In this document: positions 36,917 to 49,800 of the stretch, piece by piece
Layout of the letters: the number at the start of each line of letters is the position of its first letter
Position numbering within the stretch: position 1 is the stretch's first letter
From: Chiloscyllium plagiosum
Lineage: Eukaryota
Length of the DNA stretch: 64,000 bases
Assembly (NCBI RefSeq): GCF_004010195.1
Contig: NC_057710.1
Coordinates: forward strand, 125,229,397-125,293,396
Reading direction: 5' to 3'
Position numbers and translations under genes: made by a program
The notes under the pieces: model-generated
What the model saw: only the letters and a program-made list of their open reading frames with translations
What the model was told of the DNA's origin: nothing
The model's database searches: none

Positions 36917-39900
36917 ATAATGATTCCCTAATGATCAGCAATGCCACCTATGTGTGGAACTGCAGGAGATAAGGGAGATACTAAACAAGTATTTTGCACT
37001 AATATTTACTGTGGAGAAAGATATGGAAGATAGAGAACTTGGGGAATTAAATAGCGACATCTTGAAAAATGTCCATACTCCAGAAGGGGAGGTGCTGGAT
37101 ATCTTTAAATGCATAAAGGCAGATAAATTCCCAGGACCTGATCAGGTGTACCATCATATGCTGTGGGAAGCTTGGGAAGAGATTGCTGGGCCCCTTGCTG
37201 AGATATTTGTATCATCAATAGCCACAGATGAGGTGCCAGAAGACTGGAGGTTGGTTAAAATTGTGCTACTATTTAAGAAAAGTGGTAAGGAGAAGCCAGA
37301 GAACTATAGACCGGTGAGCCTGATGTCAGTGGGCAAGTTATTGGAAGGAACCTTGACGGACACGATTTGTATGTATTTGAACAGGCAAGGACTGATCAGA
37401 GATAGGCTTTGTGCTTCGGAAATCATGTCTCAATAACTTGATTGAGTTTTAAAAGGATTGATGAGGGCAGAGCAGTGGACATGATCTCCATGAACTTCAA
37501 TAAGACTGGTCAGCAAGACTGGTTAGCAAGGTTAAATCACATGGAATAGAGGGAGAACTAGATACTTGATACAGAAATGGCTCAAAGGTAGAAGACAGAG
37601 GGTGGTGGTGGAGGGTTGCTTTTCAGACTGGAGGCCTGTGACCAGTGGCGTGCCACAAGGATCGGTGCTGGGTCCACTTCTTTTCGTCATTTATATGAAT
37701 GACTTCAGTGTGATCATAGGAGGTATGGTGAATAAGTTTGCAGATGACACCAATATTGGAGGTGTAATGGACAGTGAAGAAGGTTACCTGAGAGCACAAC
37801 AGGATCTTGATCAGATGGGCCAATGGGCCGACGGAGTAGCAGATGAAGTTTAATTTAGATAAATGTGAGGTGCTGCATTTTGAAAAGGCAAGTCAGGGCA
37901 GAACTTATACACATAAGGTTCTGGGGGGGTGCTGCTAAACAAAGAGACCTTGGAGTGCAAGTTTATAGTCCCTTGAAAGTGAAGTCTTAGGTAGATAGGA
38001 TAGTGAAGAAGGCATTTGGTATGATTGTCTTTATTAGTCAGTGCATTGAGTATAGGAGTTTGGCGGTTATGTTGCAGCTGTACAGGACATTGTTTAGGCC
38101 ACTATTGGAAAACTCCATGCAGCTCTGGTGTCCCTGCTATAGGAAGGATGTTGTGAAACTTGAAAGCATTCAGAAAACATTTACAAGGATGTTGCCAGGG
38201 AAGAGGTTTCAGCTATAGGGAGAAGCTGAAAAGTGTGGGGCTATTTTCCCTGCAGCATTGGAGGCTGAGGGGTGACCTTATAGAGGTTTATAAAATCGTG
38301 AGGGGCATGGATAGAGTGAATTGCCAAGGTCTTTGCCCCTGAGTGGGGGAGTTCAAACCTAGAGGGCATAGGTTTAAGGTGAGTGGGGAAAGATTTACAA
38401 GAGACCTAAGGGGTAACCTTTTCATGCAGAGGGTGGTGCATGTATGGAATGAACTGTATGTGGTACAATTACAACATTTAAAAGGCATCTGGATGGGTAC
38501 ATGAATAGGACGGGTTTCAAGGGATATGAGCCAAGTGCTGGCAAATGAGACTAAATTAATTTAGGATATCTGCTCGGCATGGATAGGTTGGACGGCAGGG
38601 TCTGTTTCCGTGCTGTGCAACTCTATAACTCTATAACTCTATGATTATTATAAAAGGTGGCAAAACAGATGTACACAACTGTTGACCAATTAGTCTCATC
38701 TTAATATAATAGAATTGATATTTTAAAAGCAAACGTGAAGATTATCTGCAGAATAATAACTCAGTTAACAGCTGCATAACTAACCTGCTCAAATTATTTG
38801 AGGAAATGACAAATGAAAAGGCTGTGGAAAGTGCCATCAATGTTTGGTTAAGAATCTGGTTAAAGAGCAGGAAAACAATAGGCTAGATTTTGCAGTCAGC
38901 ACCGAAGCAAGGCTGCGTATTACTGATGAAAAGCAAATCTTGACTGAAGATCAAACAATCTCTGTAGTAAGAATTTCTGTGCATCACCACGCAGCAATGC
39001 AGAGCATTGTAATTGGTTATAGTAGTGACTATTTTTAAGGTGGATCTGGAATGATTCAAGGTGTCCACCCAGGCAATCAAATTAAAGGACTTTCTCACAT
39101 TCATAATGTGACTTGGTCACGTTCATAAAAAAAATTAAAATCACTTAAAAACAAACATTTTGTGTAGAGCATATTCCAGATTGGGACTTACATGTGGGAT
39201 GCAGATAGAAACCAAAATTCTGAAACAAAATTTCTAAGCATTAAAAATGTTTAATTTAAATTTATTTATTAATTAATGGTTTAACATTGAATTATTGGAT
39301 TATTTTCCATTAAAATATTTTTCAGGGCAAATTCACTTCTTTAAATCATGTTCATCAGATAGTAAGTTAAACACCCACTGATTGAACAAGGTACAATTTT
39401 AAGTGCTCTCAAATGTTTAATGGGGCAGAGACTTTGAAGTTCTCACTGATTTCAGTAGTTACAGATTTTGGCAGACTATGAAGACCACTGCACAACCTGT
39501 GACAGAACCTTTAAATGACAGCTCGTAACTTCAAGATTTCTGCTGTAATCTGCATATATGTGACATCCTGGTTTCAGTGTGGTATTAAAGGTTAAGATTG
39601 ACAAATTACTGTCTATTCTCAAGCCTTGCAAAATCCAACCCAATGAGTAATGACAAGTATGCCAGGCCAGGCCAGGGGGGTTGGTGGTGAATACAGGAGG
39701 GCTACTTCTGTTATTGTTTCTAATACCAGTGGGTCTGATTTTGACATCAGTGTTGAATGAATAGCATGAGGCATCCATTACAGATGCTCTGTGGGTGTTT
39801 CCACCAGAACTTAGTGAAAATTAGAAAACCAAATTGATACAGTGGCCTTCGTAATGTTACTCAGACATGTGTGAACAGGTCAACCAAATAACCTAACCCA

Positions 39901-41199
39901 AACCAATTTCAAGAATCATTAATGACAGGAATATTCGAAGCATGACGCACCAGCTAGAATATTGAATTCAACTTTAAAACAGACACAAAACAAAGTGATG
40001 AGGGAAATAAAAGACAAAAAGGTAATGTATTATACTCATTCTAATTTATAAAATAAAATGCAGTAAAGATTCAGATCAAGACTCCACCTGACATTTCTCA
40101 TGCTTTTTCAGATTGTTTAGGTGGTACTATAGTATTCAAAGTGCACTTACACTGGAATGGACAAATCCTGGAATTTTCTCATGAGTTTAATAGGTGTACA
40201 TCACTCAAGTAACACAGCTTCACACCAATCACTGTGTTTCAATTCTGGGTTCCTAGGTAAGATCAATGACATTGGGCAGCTGCTGAGGGAGCAGGAATTC
40301 TTGGGAGGTAACTTACTAATCGCCACACATGTGCATGCACTAAGTTGCTGTTTGATTTACTGCTCAATAGTGGTGATCAGTGATAGCCTCACTGCATTTA
40401 CTACAATAGAAACACACCAAATGAATAACCTGGATTCAGTTTTCACTTGTTTTGCTTTTATTCTCCCTTCAGAAAAAAAAGGGTTTTTTTTTTGAAGAAA
40501 ATGGTTCATGTTTTATCTTTGCATAAGGTTATGGGTTGCCCAGTGATAATTGTAGATTGAGTTAACAGAGGAGATGAGGCGGGGCAATAAAAATTAATGA
40601 AGTAGCAGGTATTACTGATGCATTAATCAATCATCTGACACTGCTATTGTTATGATTTGCAAAAGAATATAGATTTACAGAGACTGCTGTGCAAGTAATT
40701 GTACTGACAGTTCTCCAAAATAGACTGGCAGTAAGGTTTTACCCTTCTAGATGAATAGAGAAAGATGTCGCCACAACGGCTGTCCAAATTCTCTATAGAC
40801 TATTTCAGTGGCTGTAAATGCCTCTGTAGATAGCAGAAGCACAGTTTCAGTTTTAAATGGAAATGAATTCTTAAAAAAAAAATCCTACATTGGATGGAAT
40901 AATATCAAATGCATTTGGATACTCTATCATGTACATGACTAACTGTGGGACAGGTTTATTGATAATGTCATTAACTGCACTGATATTAAAGCTTGCAACC
41001 TTAAAATGGCTGTCAGTGATAATCAATTTTTCATACAACTTCACTTCCTCGACTATTTTAGTGAAGCCTTCAAGAAGTGAAAAGAATAGGATAATGGTTC
41101 CATTGGAATATGGACAGAAGAATGCCATACCAGCATTTGACTGTTCATAGTTATAATCACTTTCAGGTAATCAAAAATAAAAAAGGGACTGGCATTATA

Positions 41200-41570
41200 T
41201 TGAATCTTTCAAAAGCTCAGCATTTACAACAAGTGATGTACAGTCACTATTGCAATGCAAGAAATGTGCCAGCCAGTCTGTACACAATAAACTCCCAGAA
41301 ACAGCCATATGATAATCTTTTATGAGTGATTCTAATTGAGTAACATTTACCAGGGATAACTTCTCTTCAAAGTTGTGAGAGAAGACCTTTCACATCCATC
41401 TAAGAGAGAAGTTGAATATCTCATCCAAAGGACAGTATTCACCACCAATGCAGTCCTCACTCAGTGCTGCAAAGGAATAGTAATCTAGATTTTTGGCGTC
41501 AATGCTGTGAGGTGGAACTTGAATCCGCAAACTTCTGCCTTGCAGAGGAGAATGATACACATTAAGTCAC
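41200..41570 (-). mobile_element. Deu-domain SINE (SacSINE1/AmnSINE1-related), old
   Basis: Minus strand has a tRNA-like head (GGATTCAAGTTCCAC), then GCAGCACTGAGTGAGGACTGCATTG...GTCCTTTGGATGAGATATT...AGATGGATGTGAAAG, which resembles the recalled Deu core. Confidence 0.6.
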
Positions 41571-41629
41571 AACTGACCTGGACAGTTCCATACCAAATTT
41601 CCCCATGAGTATCCAAGTTTTCCAATGTT

Positions 41630-41990
41630 TGAAAAGCGTGGTGCTGGAAAAGCACAGCAGGTCATGCAGCATCCGGGGAGCAGGAGAGTCGATATTTCAG
41701 GCATAAGCCCTTCATCAGGAATGTGGAGCAGGAGGCAGGGTGCTGACAATAAATGGGGGGAGTGGGGGTTGGGCAGGGGGAAAGGTATTTGGGAAAGCGA
41801 TAGGTGGGTATAGGTGGGAGTAATTGCAGTAGGTTGGTGGGGAGGGTGAAGTGGATAGGTGGGAAGGAAGATGGACAGGTAGGGCAGGTCAAGAGGACGG
41901 TGCCCAGTTGGAGAGTTAGACCTGGGATGAGGTGGGGGGGGCGGGGGGGAGATTTAGAAACTAGTGACGCTGATGTTGATGCAATATGGT
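41630..41990 (-). mobile_element. Penelope-like element 3' end: ORF C-terminus, pyrimidine-rich 3' UTR and family A terminal unit
   Basis: Minus strand gives PYCINISVTSF* (like the PLE GIY-YIG ending P.GIN..F), followed by a C/T-rich UTR and ATTCCTGATGAAGGGCTTATGCCTGAAATATCGAC. Confidence 0.75.
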
Positions 41991-42294
41991 TTCCTGGACA
42001 ATTCATTCCAGTATGCTATGATGGGGATTCTACAGGGTCTCCATTAGCAACCCCTCACATGTTTACTGGCATAACAACTGTCTGGCCAGTGGAAAATCTG
42101 GATCTACATTTCCAAATTTTTAGATGATACAAAGCCATGTAGGCATGTGCTTTGTCAGGAATCTATAAAGCAACTGCAGGTGGATTTGGATGTGCTTAGT
42201 GAATTGTCAATAGTGAATATAGTGTTATCCAGTTTGTTAGGAGAAACAGATATGCAAACTATTTCTTAAATGGTAGGAGTTTGGAAAGTGTAGA

Positions 42295-42562
42295 TCATAG
42301 AATCATAGAATCAGAAAGAGGCCATTCAGCCCATTGAATCCCCTCCGACCCTATGAAGAGCATCTAACTCAGACCAACCACTTTCCTCCCCATAATCATA
42401 CATGGGTTTTTTACCATGGCTAGTCCACCTAACCTGCACATCTTTAGACTATGATAGGAAACCAGAACACCCAGGGGAAACCCACGCAGACATGGGGAGA
42501 ATGACAGTCACCCAACGCTGGAATCAACCTCGGGTCCCTGTGAGGCAGTAATGCTAACCGTT
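42295..42562 (-). mobile_element. HE1-type V-SINE (diverged)
   Basis: CTAACCTGCACATCTTT...GGAAACCCACGCAGACATGGGGAGAA V-domain, with a (CATAGAAT)n tail. Confidence 0.8.
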
Positions 42563-42769
42563 GTGTAGACGCATGCTTAGCAATGAGTCATTAAAGGCTA
42601 ACTTGATTCCAACAGAATCAAATTTTGGTTCTGTTTTTCTGAGGAAATCTCCTCTCAGGAATGTGGAGCTCCCTTCTTTTGTAAAAAATGGGACAGAATG
42701 GGAATCTGCATGAGATTGAAGTTGCTTGAAAAATCTGATCAATTATATTTGATCCCCACATCAATGCTA

Positions 42770-43180
42770 GTTAATCACTTCCAAACCCATGTGCTTTAAT
42801 TTTGCTAATCAACATACTCTGCATGCCTTCTGAAAATCCAAGTATACTACATCTGTTAATTCCCCTTTATCAATTGTGTTCATAAATTCTTTAAAGAATC
42901 CAGCAAGTTCATCAAATATGAGTTTCCATTCACAAACCCTCGGTGACTATGCTCAATCAGATTATTATTATCCAAATGTTGTTGTATCACATCCTTCATA
43001 ATAGATTCTAGCATTTTCATTACTGCTTATAACAGGTCCATAGTTCCCTGTTTTCTCTTTCATTTCCTTCTTATTTCACGAGGTGGTCTTTGCTAGCGTA
43101 CAGAATCTATAGAATTTGGGATGATAATCATCAATGCATTGAATATCTCTGTAGTCACTTCCTTTAGCACTCTGGGATTT
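42770..43180 (-). mobile_element. Old CR1 RT fragment
   Basis: Reverse strand shows degenerate NY.PV, QS.RVCEWKLIFDEL-like (GKSCLTNL region) and VDVVYLDFQK motifs. Confidence 0.6.
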
Positions 43181-43480
43181 TTTTAATTACATTCGTGGGA
43201 TGTGGGTGCTGCTGATTGGCCAGCATTTATTGCCCATCCCTAGTTGCCCCTGAGAAGGTGGTGGTGGTGGTGAGCTCCCTTTTTAAACTGTTGCAATCCA
43301 TGAGCTCTGGGTTGAGGAACAATGCCGTTAGGGAGGGAATTCCAGGATTTTGACCCAGCAACAAGTGAAGGAATGGTGATATATTTTCAAGTCATGGTGG
43401 TGGGTGACTTGGAAAGGAACTTGCAGGTGGTGATGTTCCTGTGTATCTGCTGCCCTTGTCCTATGAGAAGTATGTGGTCA
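43180..43480 (-). mobile_element. L2/CR1-group LINE 3' end
   Basis: Minus strand has ATCCTGGAATTCCCTCCCTAACGGCATTG...GGGCAACTAGGGATGGGCAATAAATGCTGGCC. It is homologous to 28950-29135 and to the SINE tail at 53935. Confidence 0.75.
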
Positions 43481-43570
43481 TGTGTATGGAAGATGCTTCA
43501 TCAGAAATGCATAGCTGGATATCCATTCTCACTGGGTCACTGGACTAGAAATGTTAACTCTGCCTTTCTC

Positions 43571-44070
43571 NNNNNNNNNNNNNNNNNNNNNNNNNNNNNN
43601 NNNNNNNNNNNNNNNNNNNNNNNNNNNNNNNNNNNNNNNNNNNNNNNNNNNNNNNNNNNNNNNNNNNNNNNNNNNNNNNNNNNNNNNNNNNNNNNNNNNN
43701 NNNNNNNNNNNNNNNNNNNNNNNNNNNNNNNNNNNNNNNNNNNNNNNNNNNNNNNNNNNNNNNNNNNNNNNNNNNNNNNNNNNNNNNNNNNNNNNNNNNN
43801 NNNNNNNNNNNNNNNNNNNNNNNNNNNNNNNNNNNNNNNNNNNNNNNNNNNNNNNNNNNNNNNNNNNNNNNNNNNNNNNNNNNNNNNNNNNNNNNNNNNN
43901 NNNNNNNNNNNNNNNNNNNNNNNNNNNNNNNNNNNNNNNNNNNNNNNNNNNNNNNNNNNNNNNNNNNNNNNNNNNNNNNNNNNNNNNNNNNNNNNNNNNN
44001 NNNNNNNNNNNNNNNNNNNNNNNNNNNNNNNNNNNNNNNNNNNNNNNNNNNNNNNNNNNNNNNNNNNNNN
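43571..44070. other. Assembly gap (500 N)
   Basis: Run of N. Confidence 1.
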
Positions 44071-44267
44071 ATTACAGGATACAGAGGGGGCTTGGAGAAA
44101 TTATGCATTGTTGCAAATAAATATCCTAAATTAGAATAATACAAATAGTCTGGAGCCAGATGTAATGTCTGATTGGTTAGCCCTTGAAGCAAGCCAGAAG
44201 GTCAGTGTTTACCATGACCTGATACTTACAGATGACTTCGACCATGTAGTGGGAATTGAAGTTGTGC

Positions 44268-44486
44268 TGTCTATGTGGAGTTTGCACATTCTCCTGGTGA
44301 TTGCACACATTTCCTCTAATTGCTCCAGTTTCCTCCCATAGCCCGAAGATGTGAGGGTTAGGTGGACTGGTTGTGGGAAATGCAGGATTACAGGCATAGG
44401 GTAGTATTCTCTTCGGAGGGTTGATGTGGACTTGATGGGCTGAACGGCCTGCTTTCATACTGTAAGGCTTCTATGATTCTATGATC
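44268..44486 (+). mobile_element. 5'-truncated V-SINE
   Basis: TGTCTATGTGGAGTTTGCACATTCTCC...GTTTCCTCCCA, with the tail TTCTATGATTCTATGAT. Confidence 0.75.
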
Positions 44487-46717
44487 TCTCAGGATATTGG
44501 CCACAGAATAAACAGGTTTAACAAGATCTGCAATCCAATTCTACCATAGTTCACAAAAAGATGATTTATAACTTTAAAACACAAAATTCAAAGAGCTCAG
44601 GAAAGGATAAAAACTATCAGAATGATCAAAAGGCTGGTAGCAGAGAGGCAAGCAGATGCTAAAAATATCTCTACAAGCTGTTTTCTTGGCTCCATTCCAC
44701 CTCTGGATCATTTTTGCAACCAATTACAGAAAGCTGACAGGAATGGTCCTGTCCTGTGGTCGATGGTACTAGTTTAGATGTCTGGAGACAAGCACCAGTG
44801 ACAAACCAGTGCTCCAAGCAGACTGAGAGGTATTGCTTGCTTGAGTTCTGAAACAATCCCATGTTATTTTATAGAGGGACAAACCATCTCCTTCCCCTAT
44901 CACCACTACAACCTTATTTAAAGGTGGCAAAGTTACAAAAGCTATTATTTTAAAATCTAAGATTTTATAAAGTAATGAGAAGGCACCTTCATTGTGAAGC
45001 ATCCTCTGTTATTTCCCTTCTATTGCAGTCAGTCAAGTTGGAAGCACTGTAATTGCTATTCCAGCCTCACAAGCCCACCATGCTAATTAGACAGAGAATC
45101 CCTCCCCCACCAATGCCAGTTGAAGTTTGGTCCTGTGAAAATCACAATGAGTGAATATTTTGCTGACACCATTCCCCATTGTCCTTCCCAACAGGTCCAG
45201 TACTTAGAAACATATTCCCCACTTCTGCTTCATGCCCTCAGAGGGAAAATTCAGCCCAGATTTGTAAATAGGAGTTAAGTTAAGATATATTGATCATCTT
45301 TAAATCAATAAGGTTGATCATGTAGGACAAGTGTACAACCACAGATCCAAAAGCTCAGACTGAACAAATGTCATTCCAACTGGTTAAAAAAATAAACAAG
45401 GAAATAGAGAGGAAAAAGACAGAGGAAAAGAGAAACGTTGGTATTTTTGGGAAGCTTATGAGATCACACAGAAATATATTAAAGGAGATGAGATGGACAA
45501 AATAAGCCATCAAACAAGACACAAAACTAAGCTAGGACAAACACAGTAGTAAAAAGTTATTTCACTATACTAGGACTAGATAGTATTAGGACTGTTAGAC
45601 AAAAGGTGAGAATATTAAAAATATGAAAATTAGCTTGCAACTGAAGAGTAAAAATATTTTGAATGATCACTGTTCCAAGTATCAACAACAAAACATTAAT
45701 TCTATGGTAACACATATTCCTTTTTGAAGAAAGATTTTCAGGACAATGTTCTGCACATTGATCTACATGAGCCGGACATCTGAGACAAGTTAACGTGGAT
45801 AGTATTAACTAAGTCTCCAGGGTACAATGGTATTTATCCTTGTGCTGAGAGAAACTAGGAAACAGATTTTTGTAGCAATGATCATTAAAAGGGATAAGTA
45901 GATTGCAAGATGCTAATCTGCTGTTCTTGTTCAGAAGGATTGACAGAACAGAACAGGCAACAACAAACATGTGATTTTTATTCAGTTCTTCATAAAATTA
46001 TTGAATTGATTATCGAGATTAATCTAGTTAACTACCCAAAAAACAATCAAGTAAATGATACCATACATATAAAAATATATATACCGTTAAAAGGAAAAGA
46101 CATTGTTTGATTTCTTAGAGAATGTGGCAAGCATGCAATGTGATATATTTAGTTTACCAAAAGGTATTTGAGTAAGGTTCACTTGAAATGTCACTAAAAC
46201 TGAAAGATGAGGGCATTGTATCAAAAGGTATATGTAGATAAGAATTTGGCTAAAAAGTAGAAAGACCTAGTTTTGGTTTGGGAAGTGATACAAGATATAC
46301 CCATGTAAAAGTCAATCCTATCTAAAAGTCAACCCATGGTTTTTGGCTTAGAAAGTTGTAAATTTTCATATATTGCATGTAAAACCCAACTTTAGTTTCT
46401 CATGGATTAAAGCCCAAACATGCCAGAATTAATGTATAATCTCCACAATCTTATCCAAAATCTTAATTCATTATTCATTAAAAAACACAACTACCACATT
46501 TCTTCCAGTTCCTACTAATGATATAAGACAGAAAAAAATGTTGATCAACATCAATTTTTGAGAGGAAAAATTGACAGATATGAGAAGAAAAATAAACAGT
46601 ATACATTGTTATAACACTTGTTGTCTATTTATCGAAACAGGAGTCAGTCTGTTTTCCATACTTGTTCATCTGCTGTACACCATTCAATACAAACTTCAGT
46701 CCTATTTGCAGAACACA

Positions 46718-46846
46718 GTTCTGAAGAAGAATCGTACTGGATTTGAAATATTCACTCTGTTTCTCTCTCTACAGAACTGCTTAGTTTCTCCAGAATTCTC
46801 CTTGTTTGTTTCAGATTTCCAACATCCGCAGTATTTTGCTTTTATT
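46718..46846 (+). mobile_element. Family C Penelope-type terminal unit with tail
   Basis: GTTCTGAAGAAGAATCGTACTGGATTTGAAATATT...TTCAGATTTCCAACATCCGCAGTATTTTGCTTTTATT. Confidence 0.65.
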
Positions 46847-49800
46847 GTACCTTTCCCTGGATCCCTTTTAGGGGTAAGCAATACTCTTTAAGAACAGCTG
46901 GTTGGCCAACCTTTTCCTTGCTACCCCTCACCCCCTATTCCCCACCATTATCCTTAAACTGTGAGGGATAGTAACTATTTGAAATTTAGGCAACCAAATT
47001 TACCAAGATCTGAAAGCAGGATGCTTATGTGACAACCTCGGGTGAGCTGATTTTGTTGACTTTAATTAATTTATTGATTAGCTGATTACAATAATTGCCG
47101 CATTTCCAGCTCTTAAAAATTTGTTTCAAGCAGCAAGAGTGACCTCTAGTGTATGTCCTCTGTTTTGCCTTAGAAGGAAATCTTCATAAGAGGTTTACAA
47201 TTCTCACTGAATTCACATTCAACTATTTCTCCAATAAATACATGGAGAAATTATATTCCACAGAAGATATTAAAATTACACTCTTTAAAGTACTTCTCCC
47301 TTCTCTCCTCTAAATATACATATCATGGCTTAGCAAGAGAACAGCAGATGACCTGATACCATGTTACAGAATTTAATTTAATTATTTGAAAATCCTCCAT
47401 TCCAGGAACCCAGGTGTATATTTAGCTGATCACATTAAGCGAGTGGTTTGGTTTCTTTTTCCAGCTAGATTAGATAAATATTTTGCTGTGTAGACAACAA
47501 CATATTTATTCTTGCATTCTTGTCTTTTTCTCCCTTTTGAATTGAAAGTGCTCTGTTACAACCAGTGTGGTCTGACACATGCTATTACATTCAGCCTTCT
47601 TCATCTGAAGGCCTAACTAATAAATGTGGGCTGGCTATTATACTTTGGGGAGGAGGGGGAGTGGAGTTGGTGTGGGAGTGGAGTGTCACCTAACTCATCC
47701 TGATCCTACACTTAGCCAACACACACACACACACACACAACACAGAAATCTAGCAGGAATTACTTGATACAAATCAAGGGCACAACATTTGAGGAATTTT
47801 GTTATCTGTAGGTCAAAGGAACTGAGTCTTATGATACTATTGCCTTGAGAAGAGACAAGTAACAACGTAAAATGTTGAACGGAATTGACTTCTTCACCTA
47901 TTTTCACTCAGGGAAATGTGCTGTACAACTAATTAAAGCAATAGGAGTGGAGTAACTGTATCAGAGGATTATTTTCAATTCTGCCTGTCATGACATTGCA
48001 TTTAAAAATCAAGTGAATAACCCATGATTTTCCAATTATTAATGAACAGCATCCCAAAGTCAAGAATCCAATAAGCATGCTCAGATTGGAGACCTTAGGA
48101 TTTTGTTTTGGTTTGTTTTCTGCTTTATTTCTTTTATGTTTTTATGAATAGCATCACATTTTGAAAATTGCTTGTGAATACATGAAATTACAACATCCAC
48201 AGTCATTAGAGAGCAGCAAATAAACAGCAGACCGGTTTGTCAGAGGAAGGACATACTTTCAACATACTGTAAACATACTTTCATTTCCACTCAACCAACA
48301 CAACAATAGAAGCACAATGAAAGCATATACCATGTGATATTTCCCCTAGTGTTGCATGTGGAGCCTGAGACAAAGTGTGGTCTATCAACAATGTTTTATG
48401 TTGATATTAGCATAAAAATTACTGCTAATATCAACAGTTTATAGCACTGGACATTTCCAAATTCAATGTGTCCGTTTATTTCAGCGATGATAAAATCCAC
48501 ATGTTTCTCAAAATATACTTGACCACTGAGGTTACATTGTATAACTGATATTACCGTAAGGATTTACAACAATCTGAATAATCCACACAGCTTTGTATAC
48601 TAATATAGCACCCATTTACCCTTTCAGTGGCTCCCATTGAAAACAAGATGCATCCTTCTCCTCTACAGAGGTCAAAGTTTTAAGGCTGTGATCAACTTTC
48701 ATATTTATCTACTGGATTGACTATTGATGCCAATTTTGTCATTGACAAACATTTTAACATCCTGCAGTCATTTCAATCTTTTATTTCTGGACACTGTACT
48801 AAAGGCATTGTGTATTTTAGCCTTGGGTACAAAATGTACAGGCATGTCTGAAGCCATTTTCATTTTGAGATCCAAAATAGCACCACTTTCGTACTTTGCT
48901 CACCACCATATCAACTTCACATTCTGCAAAATCTACTTCTGATTTGATATTTCCTGACAGTTTTTGCTTCTCATCACTATTAGAAATATGAGTAAGTTCA
49001 TTCACAAAGTTGGAGTAATTCAGGCCCAGCAGCATAAGGTGCACAATTAACACCTCGATGATTTAGATGTGCTAAGGTGACTAAGTTTCTCAATGGAAGG
49101 TTACTGCTGAAACCAATATAGAATATTGCTTTGCCTATAACTGTGAGTTTTCCCTTGTGTCTCTCCACCAATAGAAGCAATTCTATTACATGTAGTTTGC
49201 AATGTAAACTTTTAGAAATACAATCAAGGGTTGTTTTAGTGTTTTAGTTGTGCTGTTTGTTGTAGTTGTGTTGTTTTGTAAGTTGCTGCCTTTGATACTT
49301 CAGGAACTGCCCAGCAGTTGCCAGGACAACAGCAGCAGGTGGAAGTGCTTAGTGTTTCATCAGGGAGGAAATAACTGGAGTGTATGACATTGCAGGTGGA
49401 TGAGCTTTGTTCTGTTGCTCACCACATTCAATATGTAATGCTTTACAACCAGCTTGCATGCACTTGTCATAACTATTTTAAGGCAATGTGTTGTTAATCT
49501 TTATTGATGTTCAATTGTGGGTTAATATTCCAAACATAAACTTGAGTAGCGTACAATCATTTGGCATGACAGCGATTTGTAGTTACATCATTTGAAATTA
49601 TTGCAAGGTGCTGGTCATAAATGCACTTGCATATCAGTGTCACATTTCTTTGATTACTCTCTTTAAAGAGATAGTGAGGTGTCATTCAATACACGAATAC
49701 ATTCTTTGCTCACACTGCACGGTGTGATTTCAACTCATTGATGCTCTTTCTCTTGTTTTGTAATTGATCCCTGAGGGGAAAAGCCTTCTTTTTGTGAGAA

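Larger units (their letters stand above)
33710..38645 (+). mobile_element. Near-full-length decayed CR1 LINE (5' UTR, ORF1 zinc finger and esterase, ORF2 APE endonuclease and RT)
   Basis: ORF1 from ATG 34262 has CSSCQMWE and HI.TNDIGR. ORF2 from ~35340 has LNCIYFNAR, GDFNFP, PEDWR, NYRPVSL, GVPQGSVLGP and FADD. The (CTATAACT)n tail ends at ~38645. The 5' boundary is approximate. Confidence 0.9.

Noticed and set aside
40871-41150. Overlapping 85-86 aa ORFs on both strands
   Set aside because: No recognisable family or convincing splice sites, so likely chance.
43322-44192. Long ORFs of 189-270 aa
   Set aside because: Artefacts of the 500-N gap.
46290-46400. Repeated TAAAAGTCAA motifs like a Tc1/pogo terminal repeat
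   Set aside because: No matching opposite end or transposase was found.
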